64,000 nt of DNA from assembly GCA_020634015.1 (NCBI GenBank), contig JACKCN010000001.1, positions 569,727 to 633,726 of the forward strand, in the 5' to 3' direction. Below are positions 36,246 to 47,300 of the stretch, in pieces. The stretch's first letter is position 1. Each line of letters begins with the position of its first letter. The notes beneath the pieces were generated by a model that was not told the DNA's origin, searched no databases, and saw nothing but the letters and a program-made list of their open reading frames with translations. A program made the translations under genes and the position numbers. This DNA comes from Candidatus Delongbacteria bacterium (lineage in GTDB: Bacteria; CAIWAD01).

Positions 36246-39200
36246 TTACTTGAGCAGGATCATCTTGGCCGTCTGACTGAAGCCATTGGACCCAGGAAGG
36301 TCCTGGTCAACCGTCATGCGATACAGATAGACACCGCTTGCAGCCGAAGCAGCATCCCAGGAAAAGCCATGGCTGCCCGCGCTCAGCACCTGGTCTGCCA
36401 GGCTGGCCACTTCCTGCCCACGCAGATTGTATACTTTGAGGGAGACCGCTGCGGACCGGGGAAGCTGAATATCAATGCGGGTCCGAGGATTGAAGGGATT
36501 GGGATAGTTCTGTCCCAACTCGAAGCGGGCTGGCAACTCGGATTCTTCCCGCACATCCGTGGAAGAAGACCTGACATCGATCCAGTTCAGGTTGAACTGC
36601 CCGACATGAAGTCCCACATGCATGATCTGCTCACCGGCAGCCAGAAAGACATCCGGGATCTGCAGTTCCTGCCAGAACTGCCAGCCACCCGTCACCGGAA
36701 CGGGCACCAGCCCCGTCAGGTCCACACCGTTGACCTCAATGTGCAGACTGCCTCCACCAGGGACGGAAGAAACGGATGGCACCAGGGCATACATGCCCGC
36801 TTCCGCCACCTCGATCGTGTACTCCAGCCACTCCCCATCCTCAATCCAGCCGATGTCGTAGCCCCCGCCTTGATCATTGGATGCCTCGATGTCAACACCT
36901 TCGGTGCTGCGGAAAGGCACTCCGAGGTTCATCGCATCCACGTCGTGATAGGCCACCCCCTCGCCGCCTTCATCGTAGAACTCTGCCTGGATCAGTCCGG
37001 GAATCTGGAATGGAGTTCCCAGGTAGGGCGTCCCATTCTCAAGCACAGTGATCGAGACACTGTCTGAAGACGAGATGTTGAGATTGTTGGTAACGGCAAG
37101 GGAAACGGTATACGTTCCTGTTTCGGTGAAGACATGCTCGACATCAGGCGCTTGTGATGTGTCTCCGTCCCCAAAATCCCACGCATGGCTGAGCGGGGAA
37201 TCATTGGGATCAAAACTGTTGCTTCCGGTGAACAAGACACTCAATGGAGCCTTCCCGGATGTTCTGCTCGGCAACAACAAGGCCACCGGGGAATCCGGAT
37301 CCACGGGTGAGGTGCTGAAAGCCGCCGTCTGGTGTGGGCCCACCAGCAGGGAGAAGCCGTCCGAGAACGTCACCATCCGCTCCTGGGATCCGGCATTGAA
37401 AGCGACGTAGGTCAGATGGCCCGCGGGATCCCTGAAAACGGAGTACGTCGGAATATCTGCAGCAATGGCGGTTTCCACCTGCCCCATCTTTTTCAGATTG
37501 TACAACCAGTGGTATGTATGCGCACGGGACTCGCCATCGAAGGGTTCATACTCGATGTCTGCGTGATACAGCGTCACTGCCAGATCCGGATCTGACAGTG
37601 CCAGGTACTCCCAGAGGATATCCTGCCAGACAGTCGGTTCCCCGTTCCGTTCGGAAACAACTTCGGCGTAGTTGTCCAAGACATAGGCTGGATTCCTTCC
37701 CAGATACAGGGAGCCGCTTGTGACAGGAAGCATGTTGATTCCGTGGATGAACTCGGGTTCAGCGCCGAACCAGGTGGAATGCACGCCCTTTCCGCCCCAG
37801 ACCATGCCGATCGCCGTGTGCGGATAATCCTGGGGAAACACCTCGTTGTCCACATCGAACCAGTAGTGGTCCACGGCGGATGCCTCGTTGGCATGCAGGA
37901 AGATGCCCAGGTCACGGATCTCCGGCTGATTGGTGATCTCCCCCCAGAGGACGACCGCAGAAGCGAAGTTCATCGATTCTGAACTGGATTCCTGATTGTT
38001 GCCCTCCGCAAAGTCGCCATGGCCGGCCGCCCAGGAATGCCCGGCATAGGCATCAAAGGTTCTCAGAAATGGGAACTCTGTATCACTGCGATCCCAGTTG
38101 TCACAATCCTTGATCAGCAGATTCACCATTCCTCCCCACTGACTCGGGGAGGCCCAGGCACTGTCGAACTGCGCAATGGTCGCGGCGCTCATGATGGCGT
38201 AACTGGCATGAAAGTGATGATCATTGATCTGGTCGTCCGCCCCGAATCCGGAGGGATACCCTGTGAGCACATCCCAATTCTCGTCATAGGAGTACTCCTG
38301 CGAGCCGCCCACCGTGAACAAATCCTCCAACCGGACTTTGACCTCATCCAGAAAGTGGTCACGCTCAGCCGTGGCACCAAGCTGGTCGGCGATCTGAGCC
38401 AGATGCGCGAAGCGCGCCATCGCCTTTCCGTTTTCGTAAGTCGGTTCGATGGACAGAGTTTCGCCCGCCACGTCCTGCACATGGTTCAGAAGCACCGTGC
38501 GGTTGTAGTTTCCTTGATCGGGCAGGGCGGGCAGTATTCCGGAAAACTGCAGTTCGGTCGTGAAGGAATTGCCCTCGAGCAATTTCATGGTCCCACGCGG
38601 AGAGTGATAGGTATGGTTCAGCAGCGGGCTGTCCGTATTGAGCCATTGATGCCGATACAGCGCGGTCAAGGTCTGATTCACATTGGTCGCGAAACTGTCT
38701 CTCAGTACGGTCTCATAGGTATAGGTATTCGTGAGCCGCGAGGACGACTCGTCGTACTGCCACTCGATGCGGCTGTCCGTCACGAAAGCGTAGGCGTGGC
38801 TGCGAAACAGCTCAAGCGTCGCCGGACTCGTGTCGGGAAGCAGCGCAACGGAGAGATAATCCTTGCCGTCCAGAGTCGACTGGAAGGTGCTGGTTCCGGA
38901 CCATGTCGAGCCTGTCGGCGCGAAAACACCGTAGTGCTTGCCGCTGATCGTGATCCCCAGTACTTCATTCTGATTGTACCAGATCACGGGAGTCTGTGCG
39001 CTTGCAACAACCGCATTGCCGCCGGTGATTCTGAAGAACGCCCAGGGAAGTCCGTGTCCCAGAGTGGCTTCCATGGATATCGGCCCATCTTCCCACAGAG
39101 CCGTGACTGTCCAATCCCCATAGTGATGGGTCAGTGTCTGGACAGCTGACAATCCGGCAACGCCAATGGTCAGCTGGGCAGCATATGGATACAGAAAATC

Positions 39201-39554
39201 ATCGGCTGCGTAGAGATGATCGGTTGTGTATCCGATTTCCAGACCACTTGAGACGGCCTTGAAATTCAAGGGGTGTGCGTACAGAATGTTGGAGTACGAA
39301 GAGCCGAAGAAGGGGTAAATCAGGCTGCTCCAGAAATCGTTGGTTTGAACAGGCTGGTCAAATGCTGCGGATACTTTCGGAGTCGCATCCGCGCCATTGA
39401 AATTCCGTGGCCCCACTCCACCGGGTGGCAAGGACGTGCTGTAACTTCCAAGGCCAACCGGAACGGATTGTCCGGCAGCGCTCGCAGAATACAGGCAGAT
39501 CAGGAACAAGGATCCAATACTCTGTTTGACTGATTTCAACGCATTCACATTCAT
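36246..39554 (-). CDS. Secreted GH81 endo-beta-1,3-glucanase with PKD and CBM6-like domains and a T9SS CTD.
   Basis: Signal peptide MNVNALKSVKQSIGSLFLICLYSASAAG. GH81 signatures (INDHHFHASY, NNQESSSESMNFASA). PKD domain (SHAWDFGDGDTSQAPDVEHVFTETGTYTVSLAVTN). CBM6-like beta-sandwich. C-terminal NYPNPFNPRTRIDIQL...GVYLYRM. Confidence 0.85.
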   Translation of the reverse strand: MNVNALKSVKQSIGSLFLICLYSASAAGQSVPVGLGSYSTSLPPGGVGPRNFNGADATPKVSAAFDQPVQTNDFWSSLIYPFFGSSYSNILYAHPLNFKAVSSGLEIGYTTDHLYAADDFLYPYAAQLTIGVAGLSAVQTLTHHYGDWTVTALWEDGPISMEATLGHGLPWAFFRITGGNAVVASAQTPVIWYNQNEVLGITISGKHYGVFAPTGSTWSGTSTFQSTLDGKDYLSVALLPDTSPATLELFRSHAYAFVTDSRIEWQYDESSSRLTNTYTYETVLRDSFATNVNQTLTALYRHQWLNTDSPLLNHTYHSPRGTMKLLEGNSFTTELQFSGILPALPDQGNYNRTVLLNHVQDVAGETLSIEPTYENGKAMARFAHLAQIADQLGATAERDHFLDEVKVRLEDLFTVGGSQEYSYDENWDVLTGYPSGFGADDQINDHHFHASYAIMSAATIAQFDSAWASPSQWGGMVNLLIKDCDNWDRSDTEFPFLRTFDAYAGHSWAAGHGDFAEGNNQESSSESMNFASAVVLWGEITNQPEIRDLGIFLHANEASAVDHYWFDVDNEVFPQDYPHTAIGMVWGGKGVHSTWFGAEPEFIHGINMLPVTSGSLYLGRNPAYVLDNYAEVVSERNGEPTVWQDILWEYLALSDPDLAVTLYHADIEYEPFDGESRAHTYHWLYNLKKMGQVETAIAADIPTYSVFRDPAGHLTYVAFNAGSQERMVTFSDGFSLLVGPHQTAAFSTSPVDPDSPVALLLPSRTSGKAPLSVLFTGSNSFDPNDSPLSHAWDFGDGDTSQAPDVEHVFTETGTYTVSLAVTNNLNISSSDSVSITVLENGTPYLGTPFQIPGLIQAEFYDEGGEGVAYHDVDAMNLGVPFRSTEGVDIEASNDQGGGYDIGWIEDGEWLEYTIEVAEAGMYALVPSVSSVPGGGSLHIEVNGVDLTGLVPVPVTGGWQFWQELQIPDVFLAAGEQIMHVGLHVGQFNLNWIDVRSSSTDVREESELPARFELGQNYPNPFNPRTRIDIQLPRSAAVSLKVYNLRGQEVASLADQVLSAGSHGFSWDAASAASGVYLYRMTVDQDLPGSNGFSQTAKMILLK

Positions 39555-39833
39555 CTGAGCAGTTCCATTGATGGTGCGGACATCATTGCTGGGCACGGGT
39601 CTGCGATTCTTGTTGCGATATGCCCACAACATCCTTGGTTGAGTCGCGACCGCCCAGTCTAGCAGTTTCGGTTGACCTGCCTCGAAACATTGAAGATACA
39701 GGCGGCGACGCGAGTGGATCACATCACTTAAATCAGACCACAGGCTGGTCCATCCGGCAAGCCTGCTTCATGGAATGGAAAGCCCCGCCTGCAGGATTGC
39801 AGACGGGGCTTTGCTCGAACTGAGACCAGCTTC

Positions 39834-42800
39834 CTACTTGATCAGCATCATCTTGCCGACCGAATCGAAGAGGCTGCGCCCGTCGGCGGACGCCACGTGG
39901 ATCCGGTAGAAGTAGACACCGCTCGAGAGGCTGCTGCCGTCAAAGATCACATCGTGGGTGCCGGCGGGGCGCATGCCGCTCACCAGACTCTGCATGTGCT
40001 GACCCAGCATGTTGTAGACATCCAGGCTCACCAGTCCCTGCTCGGGAAGGGCATAGCGGATCACGGTGCTGGGGTTGAAGGGGTTGGGATAGTTGCTTTC
40101 GAGGGCCCAGGCCGTCGGCAGACGCAGGGCGTCACGCTGGACATCCGTGGTCTGGCAGGGAGCCGTGTACTCTTCCACCGGGTGCGCGAGGCCATTGGTC
40201 CAGCCCACGAACAGGCGTCCATCATCACTCAGTGCCAGACCATGAGCTTCGCTGAGTCCGCTGGGGCAGAAATCGCCACGCGCATCCACGCTGCCGTCTC
40301 CCAGATCAAGGAAGCACTCCAGATACCCGGTGCCCACGTGCAGGGCCACCAGCTGATCGGAGCCTTCGTTGTAATCCAGACCGGCCGCGCCGCTGCCACC
40401 GGCTTCCGACCAGGGAACGGGAATCACGTCCAGTCCAATCGGGTTGGCCGCGTCGGACACGTCAAGGCGCACGAATTCATCAATCGCACCATTGCTGCAG
40501 ATGGCCCAGAGGACCTCGCCATCCTCGTCGAAGGCCAGGCCCGTGGGCATGCGACCGGTCGCCACATCGAGAAGGGCCGGGGTGTGGGCGCCGATCAGCG
40601 CACCGCTGGCGCTCACATGTGAGACGCCACCACTCCAGGAAACCCAGAAACTGCCATCGCGGGAATCATGGGCAATGCCCGAGTAGTCGTGTCCGATGGG
40701 CAGAACGAAAATGCTGCCGACCACGCCGGTATCGCTGTCTTCCATCACCATTCTGTTCACTCCGCTGGCCAGCCAGACCAGAGTGTTGGCATCGATCCAG
40801 TCACCGTCGCTGAGATGATCCATGCCGAACAGGCCGTTGCCATTCACGTTCTGGATCAGCTGGGCCGTGTGGCTGCAGCTTGCGGCGGTCAGGATCTCGA
40901 CCGTATCGAAGGCCGTGTCGTCTTCGGTGGACTCAACCGTCAGCAGCACCAGATCCGTGAAGCTGGCCGGCACTTCCGGCACATGCACGCGCACACCCAG
41001 GTCAAAGAGATCCTCGTACTGCATCACGGGCAGGGCGGTGATCTCGGCCCAGTCGGCATTGATGTCGTGGAAGGTCACATCCCAGGCATTGCCTTCGCTG
41101 ACAAGTGAGAAGGCGCTGGCATTGTCACCGCGGTTCTCGACTTCCAGTTCGTATTCGGCGTAGCCACCGGTCAGGCCAACGCCCTGAAGATTGTCGGGGC
41201 GCACGCGCACGGCGTAGGGGCCCGAGGGACCGATCACATTGAAACCGAACCAGATCGCGCTCTGGTCGTGCGGCAACCAGCCCTGACCGTCGAAACTGGC
41301 GCTGAAGCCCTGTCCACCGCTGGCGTCTTCCTGGCCAATCGTGCAACTGAGGATGTCCAGTGGCGCCAACAGGGTGTCGTAGTTGATCCGGACGGCTTCC
41401 TCGTTGCTGTCGAGAATCACCTGGGCCGTGATCTGTCCGGTGCCTCCGTACTCGAAGACCTGATCGAAAGTCACGATGAACATGCCGTCCTGGCTGCCGT
41501 AGGTCACTGTGCCGCCCGTGGCAGGGTTCAGGTCATCCCAGAAGAAGGACACGACACCATTGGGCGTGGCGGCATTGGGCAGTTGCTGGTTGGCCAGCGA
41601 GGTCAATCCGGTGGGATCGAAGGCGATCGAGCCATTGGAGGCGATGTAGACCTCGGTGTACTCCACACCATAGTGCGTCCAGGGGAAGCCGATCTCGAAG
41701 GGGCCGACGAAACTGTCGTCCGTCAGCGTGACGGGGTTTGGATTCTCGATCGTGACCCAGTCGTACTCCACCGCCCCATCGGCATCGCTGGTGGACCAGA
41801 AATAGCCCCCGGCATCGGGTCCGCCCTGGACCAGCACGATGGTCAGCAGCACCACGGTTTCGTCGCTGCGGTTGCCATCGCCCTGGCTGGTGGCCGTGAC
41901 GGTGATCGTGGCATTGGGCTGAGCCGGATTCTCGGGAATGGTCAGCTCAAGTTCGATTTCCTGGGAGTCGCCGACGGCGACGCTCGGGGTCACGTTGCTC
42001 AGCTCGCCATTGATCAGGATATCCACTTCCACGCCGTTGTCGGCCGTGGCCTGAATCACGAAGGAATCGGGCAGCAGCCCCTGGTTGAACACGTCCAGGA
42101 AGGCACTCACCTGGCTGTCGGCAGGTCCGGTGGCGGTCACGCCGTCCTCGAGGGCCACGAAGTAGTTCGGCGGTGGCGAAAGCTCGAAGCGCAGGGTCAA
42201 GTCGTCGGAGGGGAGCCAGGGCTCGCCATCCAGTACGACCTGGATCCCATCCTCGCCCGTGTAATCCTCGATACCGATGGTGCAGGAGGTCACGTCCAGT
42301 GGCGCCACCAGCGCATCGTAATTCAGGAAGATCTGGTCATTGTCGAAATCGAAGACCACCTGGGCCCGCACGGTGCCCGTGCCCCCGTACTCCACCACGG
42401 CATCGTAGGTGATCACGAAACGGCCATCACCATCGGTGCCGTAGTACACCGAACCACCCGAACCCGGGTTGAGGTCATCCCAGAACAGTGCGATGATCCC
42501 GTTGGGAACACCCGCCGTGGGAATGGCCGTGTTGCTGAGACTGGTCATGCCCGCAGCATCGAATCCGATCATGCCATTGCTGCCGACGTAGATCTGGGTC
42601 TGGGGCGTGCCATAGAAACCGATCGTGCCGTTCATGTCGAAGGGGCCGGCCACACTGTCGTCCGTGAGTGTCACGGGAGTGCGGTCCTGCGGATCCAGCT
42701 CCACGAAGAAGTATGGTGTTCCGTTGGGGTCGGCCGAGCTGTACCACGTGTTGCCGAAGCTGTCGGACCCATTGGTGGTCACCACCAACACGGTGGATTG

Positions 42801-44024
42801 CATGCTCTCCGAGATCTGGTCGTCGCCCTGGGAGGTGGCGGTCACCGTGATCGCCTCACTCTGGCCGCCCATGTTTCCGCCCACCGTGACAGCCAGGCGG
42901 AATGTGGTCAGCTCCAGGGAGTTCACCGGTCCCACGGAACTGATCGGATTGCCTTCCATGTCCTGCAGCTGATAGTCGAAGAGATCGTCACCCGAGAAGG
43001 ACAGGTCGTAACTGTCGGTGATCAGGCCGGCATTGCCCACCGTGAAGGTGGCGGTCACCGTGTTGTCCGAGGCGGCCTGGATCTGGGCCGGTCCGCTCAG
43101 GTCCAGCGCGAACTGGGGCGGCGGGGCCAGATCGAAGCGCACGCTGGTCTGGGCAGTCGGCAGGAAGGGCGCCGAGTTGTAGATCACCTGAAGCCCGTCG
43201 GTGCCCGTGGGATCCTCGATGCCGATGGTGCAGGAGCTCAGGTCGATGCCCCCATCGAATGAGTCGTAATTGCAGTAGATGGCCGAGTTGTCGAAGTCCA
43301 GCACCACCTGTGCCACGAGGGTACCATCGCCCGCCAGACGGCTGATGCCATCGTAGGTCAACACGAAGTCATTGCCGACCATGCCATAGTAGATCTGCCC
43401 GCCGTCCGGGGGATACAGATCGTCCCAGAACAGGGCCACCAGATTGTCGGGAGTGGTGGCTGCGGGCAAGGTCTGGTTGGTGTAGGTGTTCATTGCGGTG
43501 CCGGAGAAACCCAGGATGCCGTTGGCACCGATCCAGGCCTGGGTATAGGACACACCGTAGTAACTGATCACGCCACCCAGATCCACGGGACCGGCCACGC
43601 CATCGTCGGTCAGCGTCAGGTAGTTGCGGTCGGCTTCGTCAATGGTCAGCCAGGTGTAGTCGGGGCCGCCCTCATCCCCGGTCATGATCCAGCTGTTGCC
43701 GAATGCGTCGGGGCCCCCCTCGTCCGTCTGCTGGCCCGGCCCCTTGTGAATGATGGGGGTTTCCGCGTCCAACAGCCCTTTCTCGCCCAGTGTCAGCGAC
43801 TCGCCCATCCGGAATCGGTAGTGCAGAAGACTTTCGCCGGGCAGATGACCGGCCTGGCCCTGGCGCTTGGCCAGTTCTTCCGCGGAAAGCTGCACGCCGG
43901 AATCGGCGGCCGAAGCCTTGAGCTCCAGTTCCTTGTCCATGGATGTCCTGGTCGTGGCGGACCATGCCGGGGACAGCATCAAGGTCCCCAGGAGCGCGAC
44001 GGCGCTCGTTCTTCCAATTCGCAT
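39834..44024 (-). CDS. Giant secreted T9SS cargo protein (1396 aa). Four copies of an unrecognised ~290-aa module, then a propeller-like region and CTD.
   Basis: Signal peptide MRIGRTSAVALLGTLMLSPAWSA. Modules are marked by GGPDAFGN(S/T)W, LTDD(S/G)xAGP(F/V)D(M/L)G, YYG(V/T)xYT(Q/E)xYIG(S/A)NG, ALFWDDL(N/Y)P, SSCTIGIED and RF(D/E)L(A/S)PPP. C-terminal NYPNPFNPSTVIRY...GVYFYRIHV. Confidence 0.85.
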   Translation of the reverse strand: MRIGRTSAVALLGTLMLSPAWSATTRTSMDKELELKASAADSGVQLSAEELAKRQGQAGHLPGESLLHYRFRMGESLTLGEKGLLDAETPIIHKGPGQQTDEGGPDAFGNSWIMTGDEGGPDYTWLTIDEADRNYLTLTDDGVAGPVDLGGVISYYGVSYTQAWIGANGILGFSGTAMNTYTNQTLPAATTPDNLVALFWDDLYPPDGGQIYYGMVGNDFVLTYDGISRLAGDGTLVAQVVLDFDNSAIYCNYDSFDGGIDLSSCTIGIEDPTGTDGLQVIYNSAPFLPTAQTSVRFDLAPPPQFALDLSGPAQIQAASDNTVTATFTVGNAGLITDSYDLSFSGDDLFDYQLQDMEGNPISSVGPVNSLELTTFRLAVTVGGNMGGQSEAITVTATSQGDDQISESMQSTVLVVTTNGSDSFGNTWYSSADPNGTPYFFVELDPQDRTPVTLTDDSVAGPFDMNGTIGFYGTPQTQIYVGSNGMIGFDAAGMTSLSNTAIPTAGVPNGIIALFWDDLNPGSGGSVYYGTDGDGRFVITYDAVVEYGGTGTVRAQVVFDFDNDQIFLNYDALVAPLDVTSCTIGIEDYTGEDGIQVVLDGEPWLPSDDLTLRFELSPPPNYFVALEDGVTATGPADSQVSAFLDVFNQGLLPDSFVIQATADNGVEVDILINGELSNVTPSVAVGDSQEIELELTIPENPAQPNATITVTATSQGDGNRSDETVVLLTIVLVQGGPDAGGYFWSTSDADGAVEYDWVTIENPNPVTLTDDSFVGPFEIGFPWTHYGVEYTEVYIASNGSIAFDPTGLTSLANQQLPNAATPNGVVSFFWDDLNPATGGTVTYGSQDGMFIVTFDQVFEYGGTGQITAQVILDSNEEAVRINYDTLLAPLDILSCTIGQEDASGGQGFSASFDGQGWLPHDQSAIWFGFNVIGPSGPYAVRVRPDNLQGVGLTGGYAEYELEVENRGDNASAFSLVSEGNAWDVTFHDINADWAEITALPVMQYEDLFDLGVRVHVPEVPASFTDLVLLTVESTEDDTAFDTVEILTAASCSHTAQLIQNVNGNGLFGMDHLSDGDWIDANTLVWLASGVNRMVMEDSDTGVVGSIFVLPIGHDYSGIAHDSRDGSFWVSWSGGVSHVSASGALIGAHTPALLDVATGRMPTGLAFDEDGEVLWAICSNGAIDEFVRLDVSDAANPIGLDVIPVPWSEAGGSGAAGLDYNEGSDQLVALHVGTGYLECFLDLGDGSVDARGDFCPSGLSEAHGLALSDDGRLFVGWTNGLAHPVEEYTAPCQTTDVQRDALRLPTAWALESNYPNPFNPSTVIRYALPEQGLVSLDVYNMLGQHMQSLVSGMRPAGTHDVIFDGSSLSSGVYFYRIHVASADGRSLFDSVGKMMLIK

Positions 44025-44303
44025 GACGGTCTCCTTGGCAGACGATTTCCCAGCACCGGTTTCCGTGAAACCAGCCCATGGGACGGAATACTGATGAACG
44101 ACGTGAGTTCAGTCACGGCAGGTGGCGACTCGGCAGGAACACCGCTGATCGCGGGAGAACCGTTCCTGCTTCATTCCGGGCGCTCAATATAGCAGGTCAG
44201 CTCGGGCATTGGCGACCATTCAAGCTACCGGAAAACTGTCGCCCCCGAACAGAAACGGCCCCGGAAGATTCCGGGGCCGTCTGGTTCGGGACAGATGTCA
44301 GGA

Positions 44304-47300
44304 CTACTTCAGCAGGATCATCTTGCCCGTGTCACTGAACAGCGAACTGCCATTCAGATCGGTGACCTGGATCCGGTAGAAATAGACACCGCTGGCCAGC
44401 GAGGCGCCGTCGAAACGGACCTCGTGATAACCTGCGGGACGCAGGCCATCAACCAGTACCTGCTGGTGCTGGCCGACCAGGTTGTACACATCCAGGCGCA
44501 CCTTGCCCTGCTCGGGCAGTCCGTAGCGGATCATGGTGGCCGGATTGAAGGGATTGGGATAGTTGCTGCCCAGTTCGAAGTCGACCGGCAGGCGCAGCGC
44601 ATCGCGGTCGATGGCGGTCACGGCGCAGGGAACCATGTACTCTTCCACAGGGTGCGCCAGACCGCTGGTCCAACCCACGAAGAGCCGGCCGTCGTCCGTC
44701 AACGCAAGGCCGTGGGCATCGGTGAGTCCGCTCGGGCAGAAATCACCACGGGCATCCACGGTGCCATCGCCCAGATCCAGGAAACACTCCACCGTGCCGG
44801 ATCCCGTGTGCAGGGCGACCAGCTGGTCGGAGCCTTCATTGTAGTCCAGACCCGCGGAACCGCTTCCGCCCGGGGTACTCCAGGGCACGATCATGGCGTT
44901 CAGCCCGACAAGGTTGGTGGCGTCGGACACATCCATGCGCACGAACTCGTCCACGGCGCCATTGGCACAGATCGCCCAGAGGATTTCGCCCTCGGAGTCG
45001 AAGGCCAGACCCGACGGCACGCGTCCGGTACCCGCATCCAGCAGAGCCGGGGAGAAGGCATTGATCAGGGCGCCCCCGATGGTCACATGGGAGATGCCAC
45101 CCACATAGCTGACCCAGAAACTGTTGTCACGGGAATCGTGGGCAATGCCCATGTAGTCATGCCCGAAAGGCAGGGCCACGATGTCTCCCACTGCGCCGGA
45201 CTCCGTGTCCTCCATCACCATGCGGTTGACGTTGGTGCCCAGCCAGGCGATCGTCTCACCTTCGACCCAGTCACCATCCATCAGGTGTTCCATGCCGAAC
45301 AGACCGTTGCCGTTGATGTTCTGATGCAGCTGGGCCGTATGGCTGCAGCTGCTGGCGGTCAGGATCTGGGCGTCGTCGCTGGCCGTCTCATCTTCCGTGG
45401 AGACCACGGTCAGGTGAACCAGGTCCGTGAAGCTGGCCGGCTCCTCGGGCACGTGCACGCGCACACCCAGGTTGAAGACGGTATCGAAGGCCATCTCGGG
45501 CACTTCGGTGATCTCGGCCCAGTCGTCGTCAATGTCGTGGAAGGTCACATCCCAGACGTTGCCTTCGGTCTCGAGCGTGAAGGCACTGGGGTTCTCACCA
45601 CGGTTCTCCACTTCAAGCTCGTACTCAGCATACCCACCCGTGATGCCCACACCCTGCAGGTTGTCGGGGCGCACGCGCACGGCGTAGGGACCGCTGGGGC
45701 CGATCACGTTGAATCCGAACCAGATCGAGGCATTGTCGTGAGGCAGCCAGCCCTGGCCATTGTAACAGGCGCTGAAGCCCTGGTTGCCGCCAGCATCTTC
45801 CTGACCGATGGTGCAGCTCAGGATGTCCAGAGGTGCGGCCAGAGTCTGGTAATTGATGCGTACGGCTTCTTCGTTGCTGTCCAGGATCACCTGGGCCGTG
45901 ATGCGTCCCTGGCCGCCGAACTCGAAGACCTGATCGAAGGTCACGATGAACATGCCGTCCTGTGAGCCATAACTCACGGTGCCGCCCGCGGTCGCGGGAT
46001 TGAGGTCGTCCCAGAAGAAGGAGATGACACCGTTGGGCGTGGCGACATTGGGCAGCTGCTGATTGGCCAGCGAGTTCAGGCCGGTCGGGTCGAAACCGAT
46101 GGAGCCGTTGGACGCGATGTAGACCTGCGTGTACTCCATGCCGTAATGGGTCCAGGGGAAACCGATCTCGAAGGGACCCGCCGAGCTGTCATCGGTCAGA
46201 GTCGCGGTCGTGGGATTGTCGATGGTGACCCAGTCGTATTCGACCACGCCGTCCGCATCGGTGGTGGACCAGAAATATCCTCCGCCATCGGGGCCGCCCT
46301 GAACCAGCACGATGGTCAGCAGGGCCGTGGTCTGATCCGTGCGCGACGCGTCTCCCACGCTGACGGCGTTCACCGTGATGGTGGAATTGGCACCGCCGGG
46401 CACTTCGGGAATCGTCAGCACCAGATCAAAGGTGAAACTGGCTTCGGGCTGGATCACGGGAGTCTGGTTGCCCGGATTGCCGTTGATCAGGATGTCGACC
46501 TCGATGCCGTTGTCCGCGCTGGCGCTCAGGACATAGGCATCCTGCAGCAGGCCGATGTTGCTGATGTCCATGGGCACGGACACTTCACTGTCGGCGGCTC
46601 CCACGGCAGTCACACCATCCTCCAGGCTGGGCCAGAAGTCCGGGGGCGGGGGCAGTTCGAAGCGCAGGGTCATTTCCTCGAAGGGAGTCCAGGGGGCGTT
46701 GTTGTAGACGACCTGGGCCGCATCCGTGCCATCGTAGTTCTCGATGCCGATGGTGCAGGAGGTGAGATCGATGGGTGCGTTGAACTGGTCGTAGTTCAGG
46801 AAGATGAAGTCGTTCTCGAAATCGAATACCACCTGGGCCCGGAAGGTGCCCGTGCCGGAATACTCGAACACACCATCATAGGTGATCACGAAGTAACCTT
46901 CGGTGCTGGTTCCGTAGTACACCTGTCCGCCGGTTCCCGGATTCAGGTCATCCCAGAACAGTGCGATGACACCATTGGGAGCCGTCGTGGACGGCATGTT
47001 CTGGTTGGCCAGGGTGGTCATGCCAGCGGCGGCAAAGCCCACCATGCCGTTGCTGCCGATGTAGATCTGGTTCTGGGGCACGCCGTAGAAGTTGATCGAG
47101 GCACCCATGTCGAAGGGCCCGGCCGAACTGTCGTCCGTCAGGGTCACAGCGGTACGATCCTGCGGATCCAGTTCCACGAAGAAGAAGTCGGTTCCGTCGG
47201 GATCCAGGTTGCTGTACCACTCGTTGCCGAAGGAATCGCTGCCCGAGGTGGCGATCACATTGACCGTCGGGTTGAGGGTGATGAAGGTGTTGTCATCGGC

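Noticed and set aside
35225-36253. The + and - repeat ORFs (342 aa and 311 aa) read as ordinary protein genes.
   Set aside because: I do not accept them as ordinary genes. Both are generated by the 36-bp array and neither has a signal peptide. GC3 is about 50% in both frames against about 85% in neighbours. Kept as a repeat feature with coding status unresolved.
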